Below are positions 1-10,970 of a DNA stretch of 64,000 bases, piece after piece. This DNA comes from Amoebophrya sp. A120 (lineage: Eukaryota; Protista; Dinoflagellata). The position numbers and the translations under genes are program-made. The notes under the pieces are model-generated. The model was not told where the DNA came from, did not search any database, and worked only from the letters and a program-made list of their open reading frames with translations. The stretch spans positions 2,399,151-2,463,150 of the forward strand of contig CAJINV010000007.1 in NCBI GenBank assembly GCA_905178155.1, written 5' to 3'. Numbering within the stretch: position 1 is the stretch's first letter; each line of letters begins with the position of its first letter.

Positions 1-619
1 CCCCTGCTGGTGTGCTGAGTTTCGGCATCTTTCTGCAGATCGAATCCACTGTCCTAGAGTAGACATGATCGCGGCACGTCGTTTCAATCGTCGGAACGAT
101 TCACCTGCATGCATCGACCATGTCATGTGCTGAAGCCCTGCACAGGCGCACACGCTTCTGGCACCAGCCCCATCCTAGTCGTTCGCTGTGCACTCTGCGC
201 CAGGAAAGGCCGCTAGTGTGACACACCCAGGGGCCGCCCGCGTGGAGGACACGCATGCAGGACATTTTTGGCCCCCACACTACCACCCGCGACGCGCCTC
301 ACCCTCATCGTGACGCAGCCTTAGGCGTGGGTGGGGTCGGCGGGTCTTGTCGTAAAACGTTTCCAGCGAGCGGTTGTCGTTCCGGCGTTTTGACAACCAA
401 ACCACCAACCAAACCAGCATCCGCGAAATTTCAAAATAAAGACTTGCAAAACCCGCGAAGTTTCAAAATTTTATTTTTATTGATTTGCAAAATCCGCGAA
501 GTTTCAATATTTTATTTCTATTGCCTAGAGAAATACACAGCAAACCAGCAAGCAAGCAGCGCACCAAGCAGCACCACGCAACCAACCAAACCACCAGACC
601 ACACTACACCATACCCCAT

Positions 620-1082
620 GTATGACGTGCCATGTATGATGTGCCATGTATGGTCTACCATGTATGATGTACCATGTATGATGTGCCATGTATGATGTAC
701 CATGTATGATGTGCCATGTATGGTGTATGATGTATGATGTATGATGTACCTCAAGCGCAGAAGTTGCGATGTATGGTGTATGATGTATGATGTATGATGT
801 ACCTCAAGCGCAGAATTTGCGATGTATGATGTATGATGTATGATGTACCTCAAGCGCAGAATTTGCGATGTGTGATGTATGATGTACGAGGTACATCGCA
901 GAATTTGCGACGTATGACGTATGATGTATGATGTACGAGGTACATACGTCGCAGAATTTGCGATGTATGATGTATGACGTATGATGTACAATGTTCGAAA
1001 GGTCGTTCTCCTCAAATCTTCGATGTATGATGTATGAGTTTTACGATGTATGAGCGCTCATACATCGCAAATCTCATACATG
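620..1082. repeat. Degenerate (GTATGAT)n heptamer satellite with a higher-order unit containing GCAGAATTTGCGA
   Basis: Many copies of gtatgat or close variants. (cctcaagc)gcagaatttgcgat recurs at about 750, 803, 849, 898 and 951. The array ends in a perfect 24-bp palindrome at 1044-1067. Confidence 0.9.
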
Positions 1083-1703
1083 CCTCTCGCCCCCACCATA
1101 TTGGGGGGGCCCGGGTCAGGCCGGCGGGCAATACGACCAAAAACGCGTCTTGTGCAAAACACTTGCCCGATGGTAGGCGGCCCAAAGAAGGCACCCTGGG
1201 CGGGTCCCACACGAGCTACGAAAGTCAATCGATTTGATGTTCCAAAAGCCATGCGCTTACACAGCTACAGACGCAAAAAGGTACTCGCTTTGCCTGACTG
1301 ATCATGAGAATCCGCGAAATTTGAAAATTTTATTTTTATTGCATTTCCTCAAGGTCAAGAACAAGAGCTCGGAAGAAACAGACTGAAGTAGACGCGAAGC
1401 ACTACGTACAGCACGACGCTAAAATCATTTTTGTAGTATGTCCGTATATTTTCAGATTATGTGAAATTTAAAATTTTATTTTTTTATCCAAATTCAATGG
1501 CTCGCAGGAATTTAGGCAGTTCTACAAATTGCTCTTGTGCGCTTCGCGATTTTATCTACTTTTATAGATCCGCCTAATTTCAAAAATTTATTTTTATTGC
1601 TTTAACAAAATCGCGAAATTTTAAAATTTCATTTTTATCACAGATCAAATTCGCTTTCTACTTCGATTTCATCCGTCTGACTCAAACTATGTTTCCAATA
1701 GCC

Positions 1704-2426
1704 TTACTTTTCCCGCAAAGCCCGGCCGAATTCGACGAGATACCGATCCAAAATCCGTCTCGCTCCCTTCCTGTCGTAGTATACCGTCTCTTCCACCTTC
1801 AGCAGCAGTGCTGATAGCACCGCCGCCGCACAGTGGTGTGAGGAGAGGTTCGGCTCGGTGAGCAAGTGACTCAAGTCCACGATCAGTCGGACGGGCGGTG
1901 TGCCCTGTTTATAGTAGCGGATGAAATCCGCGTAAACCGCCGGCTCAGAGTGCGCACAGGCGCAGTTGAACGAGAAGGAATGGGCACTGTAGTCGGTCGT
2001 TTGAAGGCCCAGGAGCATCGGGTCCTGGTCGTCGGTAGCACTGGTGGATTGTGCAACATCATCTTCAACTACATCGGACGAGAGGAAGCTTCCAGCAGGG
2101 ACCAGCTGGGATAGGGGATCTCGATCTACTCTTTCTTCCGTATTCTCGCTTTCTTCCTGTTCTCGTGGCTGTGCCGATGCCGTTCTCGTCTTCCACGCGA
2201 TCTCGTAGATGTAGGTGCTGTGTTGCCGAGAGAAAACGCCGTTGATCCCCTGGCAATCCTCCTCGTGCGTAACGCAAACTTGTTGCGCCTCTTGGATGCT
2301 TGTGAACAGGTGTTGGGGCTCGACATCTTTGGACGACGAGAGGGAGAAATTTACTGCCTTATCACGATTGAACCAACGATCACGATGCGCCACCCAACGA
2401 CAAAGAATGCGCTTCAATTCAGACAT
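1704..2426 (-). CDS. Hypothetical protein, 240 aa
   Basis: ATG-initiated ORF on the same strand as all other genes, with natural composition. No family recognised. Confidence 0.6.
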   Translation of the reverse strand: MSELKRILCRWVAHRDRWFNRDKAVNFSLSSSKDVEPQHLFTSIQEAQQVCVTHEEDCQGINGVFSRQHSTYIYEIAWKTRTASAQPREQEESENTEERVDRDPLSQLVPAGSFLSSDVVEDDVAQSTSATDDQDPMLLGLQTTDYSAHSFSFNCACAHSEPAVYADFIRYYKQGTPPVRLIVDLSHLLTEPNLSSHHCAAAVLSALLLKVEETVYYDRKGARRILDRYLVEFGRALREK

Positions 2427-2920
2427 AAGAAAGTGATAGGCGATTTGAAGTTGAACAACCTATAGCTGTCTGCTATTCATCTGTACACAACATCGCGCAT
2501 TTGAGTTGGACCATAATTGCTCTGCCCGTAGGTCCTGCTACTTTTTACCAGATCTGCGATCGAAAGAGAAGCAGAAATCAGTAGGTGTCGACAAAAAGAA
2601 GGCACCCGCACCGTAGCCGAGCATTCGAAGGAAAAAAAATACATCATGCCCTTGAAGACCATCTATGCACACAAGGCCAGGTCGTGAGGCCGATCTCTAT
2701 TTATTGGAACAAGGAGGTGGAGCAATACCATTGTAAATAGCGCACTTGTACAACGAGCGCCAAGATTTTTACCATGCAATTGCAAAGGTGCAAACAATGA
2801 CACCAGATAGAACCAGAAACAGGTGCAGTGCAGCAGCAGATCGCTACCGTTTAGTGCAATTGTGCATTTTGAGGCGAGTTTTACCTTGAAATTCATTTCA
2901 GCAACAGCGCTGGGACTGCG

Positions 2921-4093
2921 TCAGTGATACGCAGCAGCACGAAGAGAAACTGTCGTGCTATTATTTGTGCTCGTTCCGTGTCGAGGCGGGGAAGCTGCAA
3001 GTCCCAACGACCTCGCATCGAATACAATTTCGTTTTCATCTGCATACCGCAATTTGAAGTCGAACAAAGGACGACCCGAAACCCCACCGGAAGAATTATA
3101 CGACGCTGTGCTAGAAGCAAAGTCCTCGTATTCTTTCGCGAACGTCTTTATCTGGGAAAACTCCTGAACTTTTTTTGCCACCAGCCACCGCATCAGTGCT
3201 CCCTTGGCTTCCATCACTTGCAGGGCCGGGATGCCGGCGAAGGTGACTTGCAGAAGTGTCAGGGTGTTTTCCCCGACCAGCTCCTGCAGAAAGTTCGCGT
3301 CGTGTTCCCGAAGGTTCAAGTTCAAAGCCCTGTAGGGTGGCCCAGAGTTATTGCCTTTTCCACCGTCTTCTCTGTCCACCCTTCTCAGATCCCGCAAGAC
3401 TTTGTCGCGGAATCCAGGCTCATTGCGCCAGAACTCTGCCAGGTATCCCTGAGCGTGCTTGGTCTTTTCCTTTTGATACTTCTCAACCTCCCGCATTCTC
3501 TGCGTTTCGTGCTGTGGGGGAGTGTACGCTCTGGGCCGCTTTTTCGCCCGCAGCTTGTGGTAGTCGTCGAGCTGGGGTCGGAAGTCGTATTCTAGAAGGA
3601 GCGGAGGATATTCCACATTCACAACGTGAAAAGGGTCGACCCAGCCATAACCGCCAGACAGGATGCGAATGTGGTCTTTGGCGAAGAAATCCAACTTGTC
3701 CTCCAGCGCTCCTGCTTGTCTATGTTCTGTTCTTCCTGAGGGCCGCTGCAAATCAGTGTGATTCCAGAAGTTGTCATCGTAGACACCACAGGCCGGCTTC
3801 AAATAATCCCGATGATGCCGCGAAGAAGTTGTCGCGGAACCACCACCGTGGTTAATCTGATCGTCGGTAGAGAGCCTCTGCATGTACTTCTGACACAACA
3901 CCCGGTCGATCCGAAGCTGCTTCTCCACATCAGCGCTGTCTAGCTTTCGAAGGTTCGCGTACGCATTCGGCTCGTGATGGGTAATTGGAGCGAGTGTTGC
4001 TCCGTGAGCAGTAGCTTGTAATGTGGCGGAGCCGGCGGCACCTGCTGCACTTCGTTGCGCATAGCGCTTTCCTGCAGAAACAAGAATCAACAT
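2921..4093 (-). CDS. YaaA/UPF0246 (DUF328) peroxide-stress-like protein with insertions
   Basis: Ordered motifs MLILVSAGK, PACGVYD, HIRILSGGYGWVDP and EAKGALMRWLV...IKTF parallel the YaaA motifs MLILISPAK, LRILSGLYGLLRP and KARGLMARYI. The probable start is the ATG at 4093, not the longer ORF start. Confidence 0.7.
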   Translation of the reverse strand: MLILVSAGKRYAQRSAAGAAGSATLQATAHGATLAPITHHEPNAYANLRKLDSADVEKQLRIDRVLCQKYMQRLSTDDQINHGGGSATTSSRHHRDYLKPACGVYDDNFWNHTDLQRPSGRTEHRQAGALEDKLDFFAKDHIRILSGGYGWVDPFHVVNVEYPPLLLEYDFRPQLDDYHKLRAKKRPRAYTPPQHETQRMREVEKYQKEKTKHAQGYLAEFWRNEPGFRDKVLRDLRRVDREDGGKGNNSGPPYRALNLNLREHDANFLQELVGENTLTLLQVTFAGIPALQVMEAKGALMRWLVAKKVQEFSQIKTFAKEYEDFASSTASYNSSGGVSGRPLFDFKLRYADENEIVFDARSLGLAASPPRHGTSTNNSTTVSLRAAAYH

Positions 4094-4558
4094 CAAACTT
4101 TGAATATTCTCGTGATTACTAGCCCAAGTGGAAGTTGTCAGTGTCGAGCAGAAGCAGATTGATATTGCAGTGTTTACTTTGATGCGACCAGGCGCTTTTT
4201 TTACACAGCGACCGCTTTTTTTTTGTTCGGCTGAGGGCGAGCACGCGGCTACGCAAGTAGCGGTGATCACATGAAACAAGACGACCTGCAGGACCATCAT
4301 ACGGCTGGTAGCGTTTCGCCCTCACTGACACATTGAGACGATGAACATCCTCACGACCCGCCCTACAACGACAAAGCTGACGAATTTCACCAGCAGAGCT
4401 AGCTGCTCCACCGGTTCAGTCACTGCTTGCTGCACGCTGCTGTTTTGCTTTTGTCGCAGATTTTGATCTTTGCTTTAGCTTCTTTAGCGCCCTCCGTAAG
4501 AGCACATGCGCAAGAACCTCTTGTAAGCGTGGTTTGACTTTGTCCCGCGTCTTCTTTT

Positions 4559-7500
4559 TCACAGCTTCACTCTCTTCAGCCTCATCATCTGTGCTTCCAA
4601 ATTTCTCCTACTAGGAATAATGTAGGCACATTCAGCACTCTCCATCGTCAAAGCGTTCTTCCCCCGCGCAAGCAAAAACCATCCCGCCCAACCCCACGAC
4701 GAGCCCCAACTGTTTCGAACGACCCAATATGGGACTCCTGCGGCTGCAGGTACTACAGTGGTCGTGTCTGCGTTATTCTTACTTTCGTCACGTACTCGTG
4801 CATCTTCTCGTCCGTCTTGCCTATGAGTTGTACCCCATCCTGTTAGCTCAACAAAGTGGTCCACCGCGTGTCCCTTGCGAATCTCCGCATCGCCTAGATG
4901 AGGACCGGGGTCTAACACAACCGAGTTGTATCTCCTCCACTCTGGTACATCTGTGCTGGCGCTGTCGGGCGTATTTGAGCCTTTGCCTCCAATGTTCTCG
5001 TCCTGCGATTCGCCGTCAGCACGTCGAGCGCCAAGGACCGCGTTCTCCATTCTATACCGGTCGAAACTCTTCACGTTCGAGAAAAAACCGCAGGAAATCG
5101 GTCCGCCGACAAAAATTTCTTCCATCATCGTGAATTCGCTCAAATTTGGGATAATGCCAAACTCGGAGAGACGGAAGATGTTGGGATGGGCCTTGTCGCA
5201 GGTGTCGTTTGGGCCATCTTCCTCACCGTAATAAAGGGGCTGGCGCTGCGAGTCGTGCCGTATGACCTCCGAGCTTGTGCTAGAAGTGGTGGGGCTATTG
5301 TCAGACGACCTGCTTTCCTCCTCGATATTCGTTTGCACATACCCGCTCGCATCCGCTTTGTGGTTCAAGAAGCCACAATCTCCATTCCAGGCGCACGTGT
5401 AGCCCGAGAGGTGTTTGCAAACAAAATCCTTCTGCGCCGCGGAGAACGCCGGAAGCAGCCCAGAAGGTCTGTGATCTTCTTGCCGCGTTTTTAAATTATC
5501 CCGATCCGCATCATGTTGATCAGCACCACTTGAAGTTGCTGTAGTATCCGCATCGGAGTTCTTGCTATCTTCCTCCCTGTCTGTTTCTATTCCCGCCCCG
5601 GTCCCCCCTCCTCCAAACAAAACTTTATTTCCCAACGCCCCCGGCCCTTCGTACGTCGACATTTTTCCGCAGCACTCGATTCCCCAGGCGAACCCGTGGC
5701 CTCGGTATATTGGGTTCTCAAACGTTACATTCTCAACTGTATACATGATTTGTCATGCAAAATGACCATGACCCGCCAGACGATCAAGCTGCTTCGCATG
5801 ACAAATTCACGAAAGGTTAAATAGCACTGTAATCCGGATCAAACCTGTAATGCAAGACGCGCAAGGTTCTCCCTTTCGCCTGTGCTGGTCTTGCATTACA
5901 AATCCATGTAACAGTTGAGAATGTAACAGTTGAAAACGACATACGGTACGGGGCGTTGGTCTCGTCACTGGCGCCGAAGTGCTTCAGAAAATGCGCCCCC
6001 CGAATCGCCATGCCCGACCTGCAGTCGCCGCCGGTGAGAGAGTCGTCGAAGTTCAGCAGCGTCTGCATGGAGACTGTCGGGTCGAGCAGCCCCTTGGAGG
6101 CGATCCTGATCCGGTCGGAAAACGTCGCGATCAGCGCCGCGGCCCAGCAGTGGTAGCAAATCTTCCCGGCGAATTGGGAAAGGATTTTCGACGGCGCGAC
6201 CACAGTTGTGGTCGGAGATAAGTTTCTTGGATTTATCGCGCCGTTATTTCCTCCTAGTATGTTGGGTGGTATGACAAAGCTGTCGAAGCTGTTTCGCAGG
6301 CTGTTTTGTTTTCGTCGTGTGCTTGTTCCTCGCCACAGCTTGTGAAATTTCTCCCGGCGAAGACTCATTTCGGTCCAATAGGCGGGGTCGAGACGGGCAA
6401 GGTTTCGTGATTTTTGTGATGGAGATTCGTCTTGAACTTCATCTCTGTCCGCTCGGAGGTGTTGTTTTTGTTTATTTTCTTTTCCGTCGAGCAGAAACTG
6501 CAGGTGTGGATCTGGCCGGAAGTGAAGGTCTAGTTTTTCAGATTGCGCAGTATTTGCACTGGTAGTTCCTTCTGAAGATGATGGTACCTCAACCTTCCCC
6601 TTCGCCATGCTCACCAGCCTGGCCACGTCTCTTCGATCCGGTACCGCGAAGGAGCAGTGGCCGGATTCGATCTGGAACAAATTCACACCTCTCTCGAGGT
6701 AGAAGAAGCCGCGTAAACCCCAGTTCGTCCCGTAGGAATTTTTGCCGGACCAGTAGGGTGTTTCCTGCACCTTTCCGTACCCGACCAAGGTGACGACGTG
6801 GTCGGGTTCTGATGCAACTCCAACACTTGCAATTCTTCGTGAAGCTGAACTGCTATCGTGAACAAGATCTTGCTTTTTTTGCATAATCAAAGCATTGGTA
6901 CGGGCACCACCCCCATCCGGTCGCTCGACATCCGCTAGTCGTACCCCGTACTCAAACCGGTAGTTTTGAAAAACACTCTCCTCGCTGACAGCGACCCCGC
7001 ACACAATCGGTCCGTTCTTGTAGATCTCAGAACGCATCCGCTTCTCCATCTCTGCCACAGTCGCGGCAACCACGCGTCCGTAGAACTCCGCCCTGTAAAG
7101 TTGGTACGCGGGGCCGTGCGTCTGTTCTTGCGGTCGTTCCAGCTGCGTAATTGCAGAATCAGGGCCCTTTTCCAAATCGTATTGGATCGGTTTGTTTCCC
7201 GCGATCTCCGTGTTCCAAGCACACGTTCCGTTGAAATCGCAGGCACGGCAGAAAAAACTGCGAAGGTCGTCAACGGCTGCGAATTTCAAGTCCTCTACCA
7301 CGTCGATGCTGAAGCGCGATGAAAAATCGTTCCCGCGAGCAGGATGGCGATGGCTCCGCGCTCCTGCAATAGTAGATGACGTCGCAGCATCTTTGTTGCA
7401 CCGGTCGACGTGGTCCGTAGTGGTTGTAGTACTGGCCCCAGCTGCGCTACAGGTAGGTGTTTTCCCTCGTAGTTCTTCAACATCTACTGCAGCGGTGCTG

Positions 7501-8542
7501 TTCATCTCTACTTCGCTAAGCCTTAGATATGCTGCTGCGTTTTCCACTGCCGTCGCACGCTTGCCGCAACAGCCTGGACCCCACAGAGATTCAAAGGAAA
7601 GAAAGTCTTCACCGATTGTTCACGTTCACCAACTGCAGGTCGTGGAGAGTATTACAATTTTTATGACCGCGGCTCATTACTTCTAATTCTGACAGTTTGT
7701 TGTAAGTACGTACCCACATTGCAACACTTTTCAACAGTCGCGAGTTTCATTTTTATAATATCTACAAATGAGGTGCCGCATTTACAACAGAAACGTGCTG
7801 ATGATAAAGCTGATGCTGAAGTCTTTACTTTTCCACTTTCATAACCCAAGTCCACCCCTCCTTCCCAGATCGCGCAGGAGTCATCCGTGGTGCCAAACTC
7901 TTTGAAGAACCGAAACGCGTCGATCGGATCGCCTCCCTGACTGCTTCCGCCTCCGGTGAGACTCGAGTCGAAGTTGAGCAACAACTGCGGCGACAGCGCG
8001 TTCACGCTAAACAGCAGAGGGAAAGCGGTTTTCGTGAGTGAAGCTGCCGAAGACAGCATCATCGACCTCGCTATCGCAATCCGGAACCGATCCGCGAAGC
8101 TGGTTGCGGCGGCGATAACCCAGCATGTCGCAGAAGGTGCGGGGTTCAGTTGCGACACTTTCACGTCTTCGATAAGGTTGCGGAGGTTGAAGTTGTTTTT
8201 GTTCTTCTTGTTCGTCCCGCCGGACGTTCCGACAAAACGCCAATCGAACGACTGGAGATCATCGGTAACTTCGTTAGCATTCGCGTAGTTATCCCCGTCC
8301 TCATCTAATATCCAAGTGATTTCATCAGCCGGGGGCTCGGGATAGTTGGCATCTGCATTGCTGCTTTCGACACGGCTTCTGGGGTGAGGTAGAGTTGTCA
8401 CAGGTGAGGGAACATAGCACCTCGGTGGACGTGAAGAAGACGAGTCTCTCACAGAAAAAACTTGAGCAAATGGCACAACGAGGGCAGCAAGGACAACACG
8501 ACGACAGGGACAAATGAAAGCAGGAAAGGCCGACATTTTCAT
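4559..8542 (-). CDS. Secreted papain-family (C1A) cysteine protease with two tandem cathepsin X/Z-like domains; at least 3 exons
   Basis: Hydrophobic N-terminus. Domain 1: FDWR, SQ..ATCW..FADRFRI, GPIVCG, DHVVTLVGYG, KNSYGTNWG. Domain 2: SQ..YHCW..FSDRIRI, GPISCG, DHFVELTGWG, RNSWGSSWG. One intron is at 5708-5943; another at about 7580-7840 has unresolved boundaries. Confidence 0.9.
5708..5943. mobile_element. Introner/MITE-like non-canonical intron, family A
   Basis: About 50-bp imperfect TIR (TATTGGGTTCTCAAACGTTACATTCTCAACTG.. / ..CAGTTGAGAATGTAACAGTTGAAAACGACATA) flanked by direct repeat CGGTA. Removal with one DR joins NAPY-RGHG in frame. Confidence 0.92.
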
Positions 8543-9839
8543 CTTTTCGAATTCTTGGAATTATTGAAATCCATGCGATGTCACGATCAAAGTGGCACGT
8601 ATTGCCATCAACTCGTTGTGTAACTAACTTGTCTGGTCTGAAGTTGAAGTAGAGGTGACTTTTTTCGGATCAGATCTTCTTGTAAGTCTTGGCTTCATCT
8701 TCTATCGTGACCGGGAGTGGGAGCGATCTGGTGGAAGAACAAGAATTGAAACTGTCAGACAGGTAGCGCGTGGATGTAGTTCGCCAACATTTACAGTCCA
8801 AGGCCAGCTCAAGCGAAGGCTCGCTGCCACAACATGGCGACATAAATCATTTTGCAACGTAATGTACCCCCGGTGTGAGTTTGTAATGGTTGCCCCACGG
8901 CATCATGCCAGACCAGCAGCAGAAGTCCTTTTTTACAGGTTTTTGTCAACAACATTATTTGTATTTCAACAATCCTGTGGCCAACATTAGCGATGTAAAA
9001 ACTCTTGCTTCATCTTGCAAAGGCGTGCGTAGGCGTATCAAAAAATGTGAACCAGCATCAGCATTGTACACTCTAGCAGGAAAGCTGTGCGAGTTTACCT
9101 CGACGCTTGTGCTTCAAGCTGTATGGATTTTCTTCATGATGTTGAAATTTCAGCAATTCTTGTTCACTAATCCTAATGTAAGTAGCAATAGCATCAACAG
9201 GAACATGAAGCCTTCTTCTAGCGCTCCTATATTTACTTCTCCTACTCTTTCATCCAGATGAACTCCTTCTCCTGTAGTGTACCAGGTTCAGGAGACTGAA
9301 TCCCTACACTGCCGGAGGAGGAGAAGAGCGCAATTATGTGTCGCCCTTTGTTTTCCGACACGCCATGACATCAGATTTTTTCAACTACACACCTCAAACT
9401 CGTCACAGTCCGCTCTAACCCCGGCTCCACTTATTTTGGCCTTCTTTGCTCTTCAGGTTGTTCAGGTCGCCGTACTGGAGCAGGCTCAATGCTACTGCGT
9501 GGGACGTCGATCATGGGACGCGGTTCTTGCGCTCGCTTGTCTATCACTATCGCTTTCCGCAGCAGACTCGGCCAGCCCACGGGTGCTACCACGTCACCCG
9601 CTGCGGACAGTAGCAAGTAATCACGACCCATCCGCTTATTTTTACTCGTGGTCGTCTCAGTGAAAGAATGGTTCCAAATGTTGGTTGCTGAAGTTGTTCT
9701 GTTGTTCTTATTGTACTAGAAGAACCTGCTGGTTTATAATTCTGCATCTCACCTCCGTGTCGTCGTCCGCAGCCACGACCGTGTTGACCGCACGATCCGC
9801 TTCCTTGTTGCCAAGCCGCTACTTCCCCGCTGGGAGTCT

Positions 9840-10362
9840 CTACAAAACGACAAACGCCGACTCGTCGCGCTGCTCCGCTGTAAACCCCACCCCGTCCGGC
9901 GGTACCGACCAACAGTCGGCGCAGAAAAGGGCGTCGTCTAGTTCGTACTTCGCGTTCTCGTTTTCGCAGAAGGAGCACTTCAATTTCCCTAGACCCAGTA
10001 CCGACCTCTTCGTGAACTCCTTGATGCAGATATCCAGGAAAAAACACCCAACATCCCCATCCAATTTGTAGTCATGCAAAACACGTATATATAAAGTTCT
10101 GTGTTTGTCATGCAAAAAATGGATGGGGATGGGTTTTTTTCTTTGGATAGCAGAAAGCCGTGCCCTTTGGCGTAATCCCGACTGCTTTGTGGAGAAAAGA
10201 TCCGGCCGCGACCCCCAGCATGCCACCGGTGAGAATGCCGCCAATGGCGGCGCCGACGAGGCCGCAGGCACAAATTGTGGCGTCGGTTTCTGTCGTGTTT
10301 GCGAGTGATCTAAAGGAATCTTCTATATCACTATCAGCAGAACGTACACTTGTCAGTACCAT
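9840..10362 (-). CDS. Small hypothetical protein with Gly-rich hydrophobic segment and CxxC...CxxC; 2 exons
   Basis: ORFs 10108-10362 and 9840-10271 join in frame (GTAFC-IKEF) when element 10031-10149 plus one DR is removed. Contains CSFC and CADC pairs. Confidence 0.65.
10031..10149. mobile_element. Introner/MITE-like non-canonical intron, family B
   Basis: TIR TATCCAGGAAAAAACACCC..CATCCCCATCCA / TGGATGGGGATGGGTTTTTTTCTTTGGATA; direct repeat GCAGA. Confidence 0.92.
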
Positions 10363-10970
10363 GCATCTGCAGATCTTTCAAATTCATCTTGGCAACAAAA
10401 ACAGAAGCAAGTGCGTGCTATAGTTGTACTTTCCATCACTTTGGTCTTTGCGTTTTCCTTCTGCACCCTTTCTATCCCGAACAACATCGTTACAAAGGTC
10501 ACGGATTCTCTCGGTTCCTCTAACTGTGGACACTGCCCGGTCGCGTGGGCCAAATAGGGCAACTCCCCGCCACTCGCTTCCTGCGCGGCTAGATGTCGAT
10601 TGTCCGGGTTTTTGTAGTAGGTCGCCAAGCCTATCCCACACACGTTGAAGTCCGGCATGACCATGTTGCGAAAATGACCCGGCGAATGGACCCACCCGTC
10701 CACCGCCGCTTCCGGAACCGCCTCGAGGCCGTAGTTCTCTAACCGGGCGAGATTCTCCCCGCAGCCCTCAAACGTCCCGGCGTCATTTATCCGGGACAGC
10801 GCGTTTTGGTGGGAGAACGGAACCAGGGCCTCGGACATGCGGGCTGATGTTGATGTTGTTTCAGTACTAGAGAGGATTTCGAGTAATATATTCTGTTTTG
10901 AAAGTAAGGTAACATCAGCATCACTTCTCACATTCAGTTTGCTGCGAAATTGATGAAATTGCCAAAACAA
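10353..10970 (-). CDS. CAP/SCP-domain protein (core exon; upstream exons probably extend towards about 11940)
   Basis: FSH...CGENLA...AVDGWVHSPGHFRNMVMPDFNVCGIG is a typical CAP (YkwD-like) signature. Confidence 0.8.
   Translation of the reverse strand: MFWQFHQFRSKLNVRSDADVTLLSKQNILLEILSSTETTSTSARMSEALVPFSHQNALSRINDAGTFEGCGENLARLENYGLEAVPEAAVDGWVHSPGHFRNMVMPDFNVCGIGLATYYKNPDNRHLAAQEASGGELPYLAHATGQCPQLEEPRESVTFVTMLFGIERVQKENAKTKVMESTTIARTCFCFCCQDEFERSADAWY

Noticed and set aside
255-1015. ORFs of 146 aa (+) and 165 aa (-) with YIIHHTS/MYDV repeats
   Set aside because: They are translations of the heptamer satellite.
620-1040. CRISPR-like or telomere array
   Set aside because: No unique spacers and no cas genes; the unit is not a TTTAGGG/TTAGGG-type telomeric repeat.
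2611-2620. CCGTAGCC resembling the dinoflagellate spliced leader (also at about 12659)
   Set aside because: Only 8 nt match, the ATTTTGGCTCAAG remainder is absent, and it is on the non-coding strand.
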